DNA of 64,000 nucleotides from Candidatus Heimdallarchaeota archaeon (GTDB lineage: Archaea; Asgardarchaeota; Heimdallarchaeia; Heimdallarchaeales; Heimdallarchaeaceae). Shown here piece after piece: positions 19,837 to 29,046 of the stretch. Within the stretch, counting starts at the first letter, position 1; every line of letters begins with the position of its first letter. The translations under genes were made by a program, and so were the position numbers. The notes under the pieces are model-generated. The model saw nothing but the letters and a program-made list of their open reading frames with translations, was not told where the DNA came from and searched no databases. The DNA is taken from the NCBI GenBank assembly GCA_019057375.1, contig DXJF01000035.1, forward strand, positions 1-64,000, read 5' to 3'.

Positions 19837-20999
19837 TCAGTGTTTTGAACATTAATTTTTGTTAATTTATATTGATGATATGCTGTTAGAACCTTTACAT
19901 AACCATTTCTTATATCCGGAATATCTATTGGAGAATCAAGATCTAGCTCCAGTTGGTCTATAGTTTCTAGTTTTTGCTCTGAAGAGAGGATTACAAATTT
20001 GAAATTTTTAGCATTTAATAAAACTCTAGAACTTATTTGTTGGTTCCCACGACCCAAAAGAAAGCCTTGACCACCGATTGGTGTAAGTATAATACTAATA
20101 TCTTTTCCTTTTGTAAGTTCATATAGCGATGCTTCATTAATGTCTCTATTTACTATTTTTCCATCCTCAAAGAGATCTACACCCAACAAGGTTTTCTCTA
20201 TATTCATTGCTTTCATCACGTGATAAATAGTACTTCCTGTTCCTAATACAACTATTCCAGTATTAATTGAATGTTCTTCCTTAAGCTCAAGTGCCATTAC
20301 TTCGTAAGTTTCTACAGAGGTTACTGATGATGAGATCTTTCCTCCTTGTATTAACCCAGTTTTCTGAGGAACCATTAAATGACCGAATAGAGTAGCGTGT
20401 ACTCTATTTTCTCTAAATAATGCTTCATTCACATCCATAACATCTTCCGCAGTTATTACTAGCTCATCTGCAACAAGATCAACCATGATTTCGCCTAAGT
20501 CTTGAGGATGATAGAGAAAACATCCACTAAACATTTTTACTCCAGAAGGAATTCCCAAAGTAGGTATTTTGTCAGTGATTACAGATGCAACATCTCTAGC
20601 TGTTCCATCACCACCTACAAAGAGTATCAAATCAACTTCATTTTCTAGAAAAATTTGGCAAGCTTTTTGAGTATCTTGAGCTGCAGTTCTATCTTCAGAA
20701 GGAGTGTAAATCAAAACTTTCTCGAAAGGATATTCTTCCAATATTTCTGCTCCCATTGGATTATCACAGTAATAAAAATTAAGAGGTAACGAGGACGATA
20801 ATGAAGAGAGTGCTTTTTTCACTCTTTCAAAGGAATATTTCTCCCCACCCTCAAAATACTCCCAAGCAACGTCAATTAAATCAGTTCCTTTCCAGCCTTT
20901 CTTTCCACCTATCCCTGCAATAGGATTGACTAGAAAACCTATTTTGAATGACACATGCTTCTGTAAAACAAAGATTAGATTAAGTTTTTCATCTGACAT
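19833..20999 (-). CDS. ATP-NAD kinase family protein (COG3199-like)
   Basis: GFLVNPIAGIGG, GGDGTARDV, GIPSGVKMFSG, GGQGFLLGRGNQQ. Confidence 0.9.
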   Translation of the reverse strand: MSDEKLNLIFVLQKHVSFKIGFLVNPIAGIGGKKGWKGTDLIDVAWEYFEGGEKYSFERVKKALSSLSSSLPLNFYYCDNPMGAEILEEYPFEKVLIYTPSEDRTAAQDTQKACQIFLENEVDLILFVGGDGTARDVASVITDKIPTLGIPSGVKMFSGCFLYHPQDLGEIMVDLVADELVITAEDVMDVNEALFRENRVHATLFGHLMVPQKTGLIQGGKISSSVTSVETYEVMALELKEEHSINTGIVVLGTGSTIYHVMKAMNIEKTLLGVDLFEDGKIVNRDINEASLYELTKGKDISIILTPIGGQGFLLGRGNQQISSRVLLNAKNFKFVILSSEQKLETIDQLELDLDSPIDIPDIRNGYVKVLTAYHQYKLTKINVQNTD

Positions 21000-21022
21000 G
21001 AAAGAAAAGGAAAATTAGATTG

Positions 21023-21577
21023 TTACTTATCCGCTCTATCTTTATCAATTTTGTTAATTCCTAAATATTGGAAAATAGATGCTATTATTGGTAATATAAA
21101 TTGCATCCAAAAGACTGCATAATCATAAGGTAGATTCCGATTTATGTGGATGAAGAGATCATTGGACATTGTGCCAAGAACGGAATCCGTTAGCAGAGGT
21201 TCTGGTATTTGAAACACTAAATCAGTTGCGAACTGTGTTAAAGGCATGATTGCAGCTAGTACTAAGAGTATAGTAATTAAAGGAAATATGAAAGTATAGA
21301 GTTTTTTTGGTTTTCTATAAGTTAGATAGACAAGGTTTCCAAAGAATAGTAAAGTTCCTAATGCGAAGATTAATCCTATAACTAGTATTAAAGTTAAAGT
21401 TGGATTAAGATCATATGAATAATTAGTCAAACTAGTTATTTTGAATTGCTTAAGATGAGAATAGAGTTTAAAGAAATGAATTATGTCTATAGCAAAAAGG
21501 AAAGATGTTAAAAGCCAGAAAATGGCAGATGTTATTCCATAAATATTTTTGGAGAAGATTCTATAATCATACCTCAT
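21023..21577 (-). CDS. Hypothetical membrane protein
   Basis: About four hydrophobic helices; overlaps upstream gene by 4 nt. Confidence 0.65.
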   Translation of the reverse strand: MRYDYRIFSKNIYGITSAIFWLLTSFLFAIDIIHFFKLYSHLKQFKITSLTNYSYDLNPTLTLILVIGLIFALGTLLFFGNLVYLTYRKPKKLYTFIFPLITILLVLAAIMPLTQFATDLVFQIPEPLLTDSVLGTMSNDLFIHINRNLPYDYAVFWMQFILPIIASIFQYLGINKIDKDRADK

Positions 21578-21972
21578 TTTTCTTTTCCTCCTGTTTTTGC
21601 TGTTGAAGCCTTCTTAGCAGGAAAATACATATTTAGTATTTTGGATATAGTTAATTGCTTACTCAGTTTTTTCTCAAGGAGTTTTACATGGAGTTGATAT
21701 GTTATAAATAAACCAGCTATTATTATGAAATAAGCTAGTACGGAAAAAGCGGGATCCATAGAAAGAGTAGTGGGACCTGCATCTAAAAAGAACATTGGAT
21801 AACCAAACATTGAAACAATCCAAATAATCCCCCACATGCTGAAGTTCAACATAAAATCACTAAAAGTCCATTCTCCAATAATTGCAGTGAAGAGAAAAGT
21901 CAAGATAAAAGCAATTATAACATAAGCAGAACCATAGATCAACAGTAGATGCCTTTTTTTAAATTCAGTCAC
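21574..21972 (-). CDS. Hypothetical membrane protein
   Basis: About three hydrophobic helices. Confidence 0.6.
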   Translation of the reverse strand: MTEFKKRHLLLIYGSAYVIIAFILTFLFTAIIGEWTFSDFMLNFSMWGIIWIVSMFGYPMFFLDAGPTTLSMDPAFSVLAYFIIIAGLFITYQLHVKLLEKKLSKQLTISKILNMYFPAKKASTAKTGGKEK

Positions 21973-22423
21973 AAACTAAAGAGAGATGAGACGGTTTTAA
22001 GTTTAACTGAATTACATAAAACAATTAGAAAAGAATAATTTAACACAGTAGAGAATATTATGTACAATACTATGCATTTCGACATTTTTTACCTTGAAAA
22101 ACGCAAAAAAGTCAAAGTGTGATATATAAATCTATCTTTTTTTGCACCTTTTTGAGAAAACTATATAAGTGAAAATGGGCATATATTATCACTAGAACAT
22201 TAGAAACGGGTAAATTCACATTTTTAACCGATAATGTTGTATACGTATTGGCGATACATAGAAAAGTGTCCAAAACCCCGTAAGAAAGCCGTTTTGGACC
22301 TCCCAAAACTTTATAAGGGTTAACGTTAGGAAACAGTATCGCTAACAAAATTCGACTCTTAGACGAGCTCTAAAGAGTAAGACAACCATTCAAAGTGGTT
22401 GAACATCAAAAAAGGTGTAAAAA

Positions 22424-22696
22424 ATGAAAAGACGAAAACTTCCACGCGGTGGAGAAGACATAATTAAAGTCTTAGATGTAAGCGGTCCTATGACTCAGAA
22501 GCAAATCCTTGGGTCAGTAAACCAACCTGAAAGGACTGTTCGTTACGGTATTAGAAGGTTGCTTGAGAAAGGAATCCTTAAGAAAATGTCCAATTTATCA
22601 GATATGCGTAGTGTATTCTATTACTTGGATCCTGCAATACGTGACAACTTTGAGTTTCTCGTAGGAGAAAAAGTTCAAGTTAGTCAAACAGCTTAG
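22424..22696 (+). CDS. Winged-helix (MarR-like archaeal) transcriptional regulator
   Basis: GPMTQKQI...PERTVRYGIRRL.EKG...D.R..FY pattern; AGGTG SD upstream. Confidence 0.85.
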   Translation: MKRRKLPRGGEDIIKVLDVSGPMTQKQILGSVNQPERTVRYGIRRLLEKGILKKMSNLSDMRSVFYYLDPAIRDNFEFLVGEKVQVSQTA

Positions 22697-22738
22697 GTTT
22701 ATGCTGGAGTCTTAGGCTCCGCAAATATAGGGAGAGTG

Positions 22739-22765
22739 AGAGGGTTTTTATCCCTCTTTTTTTTT
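22739..22765 (+). terminator. Hairpin plus oligo-T terminator-like element
   Basis: AGAGGG-7 nt loop-CCCTCT followed by a T run. Confidence 0.5.
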
Positions 22766-22831
22766 CTTCTGTTTTCTTTTAATCCCATTCAACACAAATT
22801 ATATTAATCTTGTAAACTTTTCTTAGTTGTA

Positions 22832-23143
22832 ATGACCACTATTTCCCCTCCCGATGAGATTGACAATTTGTACAATGTGGCCTTATGGATGCGCTCTACA
22901 GTACAAGCTTATCAAAAAGGTACAATTAATCGTAAACTTACTTCAGGAATGGCAAAGAAAGTTCTAAGAAAAATAAAGAGCTATTTACCAACACAACAAG
23001 AAAAAGAACACAAAGAAGCCATTGAAGATCTCTGTATCTCTCTAAGTACAATTGACAGGGCTGAAGGTAGTTTTGAAAAGTTCTATTTAGATAGTCTCAT
23101 AGAGGATTTGGAAAGAGTAACTAAATTACTAGAAGAGGAGTAA
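22832..23143 (+). CDS. Small all-helical hypothetical protein coupled to the GTPase gene
   Basis: 103 aa; stop 1 nt before the GTPase start. Confidence 0.7.
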   Translation: MTTISPPDEIDNLYNVALWMRSTVQAYQKGTINRKLTSGMAKKVLRKIKSYLPTQQEKEHKEAIEDLCISLSTIDRAEGSFEKFYLDSLIEDLERVTKLLEEE

Positions 23144-23144
23144 A

Positions 23145-23681
23145 ATGAGTAAAATTCAACCCGATTACAACTACAAAGTCCTATTGTTAGGGTCAGCAGC
23201 TGTTGGTAAAACAAGCTTAGTACAACGATTTGTTCACGATAGATTTGATAGTTCCTATCTTATGACTATTGGCATGGAACCGTCTGAAAAACACATAGAT
23301 TTAGAAGATGGAACAAGGGTTGCTCTTTCTATCTGGGATTTAGCAGGGCAGGAAAGGTTTCGTTTCATCCGACACACATTCTATAAAGGAGCAAGAGCAG
23401 CATTATTAGTTTATGATTTAACAAGAGCTGCAACTCTCAAAGATGTTCAAAAGTGGGAAAAAGAATTTGTAGATAACTGTGGAAAAGATGTTATCAAAGT
23501 TCTTGTTGGTAATAAAGAAGATTTAAAAAATCAAATTGCTGTTTCAAAAAAGGAATATGATGAAGTTCACACAAAAATAAAAAGCCACTATAGTATCAGA
23601 ACAAGTGCATTAACTGGAAATCATGTAGAAGAAGCTTTTAATAACATTGCACATTTATTAGTCAATCAATCAAAAAAATAA
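23145..23681 (+). CDS. Rab-like small GTPase
   Basis: G1 GSAAVGKTS, switch I TIG, G3 WDLAGQERF, FYKGA..ALLVYD, G4 NKED, G5 SAL; no C-terminal Cys. Confidence 0.95.
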   Translation: MSKIQPDYNYKVLLLGSAAVGKTSLVQRFVHDRFDSSYLMTIGMEPSEKHIDLEDGTRVALSIWDLAGQERFRFIRHTFYKGARAALLVYDLTRAATLKDVQKWEKEFVDNCGKDVIKVLVGNKEDLKNQIAVSKKEYDEVHTKIKSHYSIRTSALTGNHVEEAFNNIAHLLVNQSKK

Positions 23682-23682
23682 A

Positions 23683-24303
23683 TTAATTTTCCTCTATTTC
23701 TTCTTTGATTTCTTCTTCAGAATCTTCAGCTAATTCTTCATCATCAAAAAAAAGCATACTATCTAGAACTGTATCAAGCAAGGGTCTTTCTGGTGGAGAT
23801 ATTGATCCCGTTACCGAATCAGCAATTCCTATTTCCAAGGAAGAAAGATCTGCTTTGGGACCTCTAGGTCTTTGTGTGATTACTCCTGTAGATTGTATTC
23901 TCTCAATCATATTTTTCATTGAAGAGATTTCTTCTTTCAACTCCTTAAAAACAGTAATATTTTCAAGTTTATCAAGTAATTTATCCACTTTTTCAATTTC
24001 TTTCTGGGTTTTTTGTTCAAATTTCTTACCATTCTCAATGATTCTAGCTAATCTACCTTCTGTAACAGGAGTATTTATCCCAGAAACTGTTTTTACTCCT
24101 CTGGAGACTGTTGACGCAATCTGTGTTCTAAAATCATCAAATGAGCCGAACATTTCTTTATGATGTGCCTTGATAGACTCTAAAACTGCTTTATCATTAT
24201 TCCCATAGTATGAAACCAAATCCTGCAACATATCGAAAAACTCAATAGGAATAGGAATTTCAATAATTCGAGCAACTTTTTGAGTTCTATGTTCATCATA
24301 CAT
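23683..24303 (-). CDS. Hypothetical coiled-coil protein with acidic tail
   Basis: 206 aa ORF convergent on the GTPase; possible RHH-like N-terminus (weak). Confidence 0.65.
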   Translation of the reverse strand: MYDEHRTQKVARIIEIPIPIEFFDMLQDLVSYYGNNDKAVLESIKAHHKEMFGSFDDFRTQIASTVSRGVKTVSGINTPVTEGRLARIIENGKKFEQKTQKEIEKVDKLLDKLENITVFKELKEEISSMKNMIERIQSTGVITQRPRGPKADLSSLEIGIADSVTGSISPPERPLLDTVLDSMLFFDDEELAEDSEEEIKEEIEEN

Positions 24304-24451
24304 TAAGGTAACCTCAAGACAAAGCGTTCTTGTCTGTTATGTTTTGTTTTGATTATTTAAAGTATTTTTTGGCAAGACACTTAATCCAAAGTGATAAAAA
24401 TTAAAATTAATAAAAGAAGAAATTTAAAAACTCAAAAGGTAAGATATCTCA

Positions 24452-25159
24452 ATGAATACTGGAAAAAAAACAATTTTAGCATGTGTAGCACACCCTGATG
24501 ACGAAATTGGGTGTATAGGTACTTTAGTTAATCATGTTGAGAAGGGAGATAAAGTTGTGCTGGCTTGGACAACTAGTGGTGAAATGGCTTCACATTTTAA
24601 CGGCATGTCTTTTTCTGAAGTGAAAGAAATCAGAGAAAAACAAGGGAAAGATGTTGGGGAGATAATTGGTTGTGAAACTCTTTTTCTAGGATATGGGGAT
24701 ACATCTGTGAGAGCTACAAGAGAAAGTGCACTGAAAATGGCTAAAGTGATAGCTGAGGTCAAACCAGATGCAGTAGTAACATGGTCAATGAACACAAGAC
24801 ATCCAGATCACAGAGGAACAGCTCAAATACTCTATGATGCAATCACATATGCACGTATTCCAAAAATAACAGAGCCGCTAGAACCTTATAGACCTCCGCT
24901 TCACATTCCATTCTTCATGTACCATGAGGAAGTATCACCCCTGCCAACAATTTACATAGATGTAACTACCTCTTTTGAGAAAGTTAAGGAAGTAGCTAAA
25001 CTTTACGGTGATTTCTATAATTGGCAACAAGTTGATGATTGGTTAGATGTTAATCGGCGATCAAATGGAATGAAGTGTGGAGTAAAATATGCAGAAAAAT
25101 TTAATGTTTTATCGAGATTCCTACCTGTTGAGAAACATTTACCTATAAACAAATCTTAG
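24452..25159 (+). CDS. PIG-L/BshB family deacetylase
   Basis: AHPDDE and HPDH zinc motifs. Confidence 0.92.
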   Translation: MNTGKKTILACVAHPDDEIGCIGTLVNHVEKGDKVVLAWTTSGEMASHFNGMSFSEVKEIREKQGKDVGEIIGCETLFLGYGDTSVRATRESALKMAKVIAEVKPDAVVTWSMNTRHPDHRGTAQILYDAITYARIPKITEPLEPYRPPLHIPFFMYHEEVSPLPTIYIDVTTSFEKVKEVAKLYGDFYNWQQVDDWLDVNRRSNGMKCGVKYAEKFNVLSRFLPVEKHLPINKS

Positions 25160-25226
25160 GACTGCTTTAAGTGATAAAAAAATAAGTTTAATAACTTGAT
25201 TCCTTGCTTTGTGATGAAGATAGCCA

Positions 25227-25619
25227 ATGACAACTGATGATGAACTGGAGAAAATTAAGCAAAGAAAAGCAAAAGAATTAATGCAGATTGCTGAACAAAG
25301 AAAAGAGCGAATGGAAGAGTTGAAAGAAGCAGAAGAATCTCCAGCAAGTATAGAAGAGAAAGATAAATTGGCGTTAATGGAATATTTTTTGGCCCCAGAT
25401 GCTTATGATTATTGGATTAATCTCTATGAGAATCTATCTAAAGAACCAACTGCAGAAACGATTTTCAAAAACGTGTTATATATGATTAAGATTGGTTTTC
25501 TTGAGGGAAAACAGATATCAAGATTGGGTGTCAAAAAGTTAGAACGAGAGATTGAAGGAATCCCTTCCTCTATAACAATAAAAAGAAAGGGAGAGAAGGA
25601 AAAGAAGACAACTTATTAA
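25227..25619 (+). CDS. PDCD5/TFAR19-like DNA-binding protein
   Basis: DDELEKIKQRKAKELM N-terminus and helical C-terminal domain resemble archaeal PDCD5-like proteins. Confidence 0.55.
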   Translation: MTTDDELEKIKQRKAKELMQIAEQRKERMEELKEAEESPASIEEKDKLALMEYFLAPDAYDYWINLYENLSKEPTAETIFKNVLYMIKIGFLEGKQISRLGVKKLEREIEGIPSSITIKRKGEKEKKTTY

Positions 25620-25728
25620 TTCCCCAAAACTTTAAGCTTTTACAAATTCAAAAAACGCAGAATAATTTGGTAAGCTTTAAGAATGAATATGTTAATAGAA
25701 ATTTAGAAAGATTTAGGTGTGAACAAAA

Positions 25729-25965
25729 GTGAGAATAACCGTAGTAACAGCAATTGGTGGAGGAAAAATAGATTTAGATGTTGATCCACATTCAACAGTT
25801 GCTCAATTAAAGAGAGAAGTTGCTAAAAAGAAGAAAATTCCTGCTAACACCGTCATTATAGTTTTTCATGGTAAGCAACTTGATGACAGTGAAATACTAA
25901 AACAAACAGGAATGATGGATGGCGATAAATGTTATCTGATTGCTAGAACTAAAGGTGGACTTTAG
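25729..25965 (+). CDS. Eukaryote-like ubiquitin (precursor ending GG-L)
   Basis: Aligns end to end with ubiquitin: T/G loop, D.D.P..TV, IP, VFHGKQL, L.AR.KGG. Confidence 0.93.
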   Translation: MRITVVTAIGGGKIDLDVDPHSTVAQLKREVAKKKKIPANTVIIVFHGKQLDDSEILKQTGMMDGDKCYLIARTKGGL

Positions 25966-26103
25966 TTTTATCTAACCACTTCTTTTAATTTAATTTCTTT
26001 CATAAAAAGCTCTTTTTATAGATTTTCTCGTTGTTTTCAGTGTGATAGTAAAAAGAAACTTATATCAGTTCTTTCTATGTGAGTCATTCAAGGAGTTCAT
26101 TAA

Positions 26104-27108
26104 ATGGATGGAGATGAGCGCTACTCAAGACAACAACTTATTCCCGGATGGGATCAACTAAAACTTGACAATAGTTCTGTTGTTCTAGTGGGAGTTGGGG
26201 CAATAGGTAGCTATGTAGCAACTGTACTTGTCTCTTCTGGAATAGGGAAACTTTCAATTATTGACTTTGATACAATAGAAGTTTCGAATCTGAATCGACA
26301 ATTATTGTTTAAAGATGAGGATGTTGGTAAATCAAAATCAGAAACAGCTGTACAAAGATTGAAAGAAATAAATCCTATTATCGAAATTGATTTTTATCAT
26401 AAAAAGATGGAAGATGTTTCAGTAACAGTTTATGAGCAAGCAAATGTTATAGTGGCTTGTTTAGATACTTTTATTGGAAGAAGATGGATCAATTCGATGG
26501 CTATTCGAGTGAAAAAACCACTTGTTATGGGTGGTATGTTTGCTTTCTTGGGTAATGCACAAGTAATTATTCCATATGAAACAGCGTGTTTTGAATGCCA
26601 GCCTTTGGTACCAGACGAAGAGTTAGCTCAAGCATGCACTCCATTTGGGAAAGAAAGGAAAAAAGAGAGGAAAGAAATTGATGCAGAACCACCATTACCA
26701 GCTGTTGCTACATTATCATCAATTATTGGGGGAATAATGGCTCAGGAAGCATTAAAGCTAATTCTGGAACTAGGTGATAAATTGGAAAACTATCTCTTCT
26801 ATGATGGTCTTCATAATGCAACTACAATTCTAGAACTAAGAAAATCAAAGGAATGTCCAACTTGTGGAGAGATGTATAAATTAGAACAAATCGAGTTTGT
26901 AGCGCTTCCAACTGAAACTGTAAAAGAACTCAGAATGAGATTAATGTTGACTTATGGATTAGAAAAACCAGACTTAATGGTGCGAGGAAAATTGTTAGAA
27001 GTTGAAGCATTACTTGAGGATGCGCTGAATTCTAAAAAGTCTGTTGTATTCGTTCTAGACAAGAATCTAGCCCAACCAATCAAAATAGTATTACAATTAT
27101 CTGAGTAA
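26104..27108 (+). CDS. Ubiquitin-activating enzyme E1-like
   Basis: RYSRQ, GVGAIG, DFDTIEVSNLNRQ, CFEC and CPTC zinc pairs, candidate catalytic Cys (QACT), C-terminal extension; next to ubiquitin. Confidence 0.92.
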   Translation: MDGDERYSRQQLIPGWDQLKLDNSSVVLVGVGAIGSYVATVLVSSGIGKLSIIDFDTIEVSNLNRQLLFKDEDVGKSKSETAVQRLKEINPIIEIDFYHKKMEDVSVTVYEQANVIVACLDTFIGRRWINSMAIRVKKPLVMGGMFAFLGNAQVIIPYETACFECQPLVPDEELAQACTPFGKERKKERKEIDAEPPLPAVATLSSIIGGIMAQEALKLILELGDKLENYLFYDGLHNATTILELRKSKECPTCGEMYKLEQIEFVALPTETVKELRMRLMLTYGLEKPDLMVRGKLLEVEALLEDALNSKKSVVFVLDKNLAQPIKIVLQLSE

Positions 27109-27149
27109 TATGGCTTTTTTCGCTTTTCAAATGCAACATTTTTTAAACT

Positions 27150-28598
27150 TTGATTGGTATCAAATTATCTAGAGATATAATTAGAAAGGTGAACAAAATT
27201 ACCACAGACGATTTCCATCTTGCAAATGAAATGCAATTAGTATTCGATAAACAAATAAATTTTGAACCCGTTAGAGGTAATTTAAAACAATGGAAAGGCT
27301 ATGTTGGAACAATAGAAGGTACTGAAATACCAATTTTTGCCAACATTTACATTCAGGATGGTTTCCCTGAAATTCCTCCATTTGTTGATATTACTCCTAA
27401 AGTAAATCACCCTAATGTGGATGAAGATAGCACATTAAGTATGCGTCTTCTTGCAGAATGGGAACCTAGATATCATATTTATCAGGTTATGATTGATATA
27501 AAACAACTTTTCATCAATGTTCCAGCTAAAACATACAAGACAAAAACCAAGAAGCCAAAAGGGGAACAAAGATTTTTAACATTGCCTAGAGCAACAATTC
27601 CTGTAAAGACAATACCTCAAGCTTCTTTCGCAAGTGTAGATCCAAGAATTGAGGAAGAAAGACGCTCTTTAGATAAAACAATTATCAATTATCAAGATAA
27701 AATAGAGCATGTTTCCAGAGATATAGAAAAAGAAAGAGAAGCTCTATTGAAAGAAGGCGGAATGGCTGTACAGAGTAGAACTAAAGAGATTTCTATATCA
27801 TTAGATGAAGATTTGAGAGCTGAATCATTAGCTATTCAAGATACTCTAGAAATAGTACAGGAAAAATTTGAAGATGGTGATATGACCAATATTGATTTCC
27901 TCAAATTACATAAAAGATATACTAAAAAAGGTTTTATAGCTGAGAAACAACTCACTCAAGTTAAAAGTAGCTCAAGTGGTGACATGACAAAAGCAGAAGA
28001 AAAAATATTGAATTTGGAAGCTGATCTGTTTGCTTCAATTGCAACTTTAGACAATTTAGTTAGAAGTTACGAAAAAAGTGAAATTGAGCAAATTGCTTAT
28101 AGAAAACAACTTCGTGCTCTCATTAGAGGAATTTTCAAAACAAGATTAGAATTAGAAAAAATAGGCTTTAATTTAGATGATTTTGTGAAACGAGAGAATC
28201 TAAATAATAGATATCAAAAGGGAATCAAACAACTCATGGTTGTTGAAGGGGAAGAAACTGCAGATACCAGCTCAATTCCATTTGATACCCTCAAGAAAAT
28301 CCCATCTAAAACAGCTGATTTCGTTTCATCTGCGATTGAACTTATTGATTTAACTAGATTAAGATCAGTAGCTAGAGCAGATCTCATAATTGCAGACATC
28401 GAAGAAATGATTCACATTCTGACAACATTTCCTTCAATACCAAAAGACCATTGGGTTATTGGAGATATGAATAATTGGCGTGAAATTATAGGAAAATATA
28501 AACCTCAGGAGATCATTAAAGAAGAAGATTGCGAAAAATTAGAATTTCAAGCAGCTCGTTGGTTAAATGACTTTCGAAGAGTATTGAAAGAACTTTAA
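27150..28598 (+). CDS. ESCRT-I single-chain fusion: UEV + Vps23 steadiness box + Vps28
   Basis: FPEIPP/HPN UBC fold with Ser at the catalytic Cys position; AIQDTL..DFLK steadiness box; DLFASIATLDNL and ADFVSSAIELID...W...LEF Vps28 segments. Confidence 0.88.
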   Translation: MIGIKLSRDIIRKVNKITTDDFHLANEMQLVFDKQINFEPVRGNLKQWKGYVGTIEGTEIPIFANIYIQDGFPEIPPFVDITPKVNHPNVDEDSTLSMRLLAEWEPRYHIYQVMIDIKQLFINVPAKTYKTKTKKPKGEQRFLTLPRATIPVKTIPQASFASVDPRIEEERRSLDKTIINYQDKIEHVSRDIEKEREALLKEGGMAVQSRTKEISISLDEDLRAESLAIQDTLEIVQEKFEDGDMTNIDFLKLHKRYTKKGFIAEKQLTQVKSSSSGDMTKAEEKILNLEADLFASIATLDNLVRSYEKSEIEQIAYRKQLRALIRGIFKTRLELEKIGFNLDDFVKRENLNNRYQKGIKQLMVVEGEETADTSSIPFDTLKKIPSKTADFVSSAIELIDLTRLRSVARADLIIADIEEMIHILTTFPSIPKDHWVIGDMNNWREIIGKYKPQEIIKEEDCEKLEFQAARWLNDFRRVLKEL

Positions 28599-28662
28599 TA
28601 TCAACAAAAGACTTGAAAATTTCTAGATCCCTTTCTTTCCATTCTTTAAGATAAGTTACTAG

Positions 28663-28977
28663 GTGAATTACTTGGAAAGAACTAGCTCTATTAACGAGAT
28701 ATTTGTTAACATTCGAAAAGAAATGTTTGAATTAATCAACATGATAGAGATTAAGATAGATGTGGGCTATATTCTTGAGGAATTAGAAGATATTTCATAC
28801 GAAATTAAGAATTTAGGAGAAGAAGGGAAGCAAATCCATGAAGAAATGATGAATATCTATAATTCATATTTTAACAAATATAAAAACAAACTTGCAGCTT
28901 TTCTTTCACCAAGGGAGAGTAGCTCTTTAACTGAAAAGATAAAGAAATGGCTTTTAGAATTATCAAACACTATATAA
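28663..28977 (+). CDS. Small helical hypothetical protein inside the ESCRT cluster
   Basis: 104 aa, GTG start, between ESCRT-I and Vps22. Confidence 0.6.
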   Translation: MNYLERTSSINEIFVNIRKEMFELINMIEIKIDVGYILEELEDISYEIKNLGEEGKQIHEEMMNIYNSYFNKYKNKLAAFLSPRESSSLTEKIKKWLLELSNTI

Positions 28978-29046
28978 TAATCATTTAATCAATTAATTTG
29001 AGAAGATATAAATAAGTCCTAGACAATAACAAAGCTGGAGATAGAA

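Noticed and set aside
22112-22348. 78-aa minus-strand ORF upstream of the regulator
   Set aside because: No motif; overlaps the inverted-repeat region, which is better explained as regulatory
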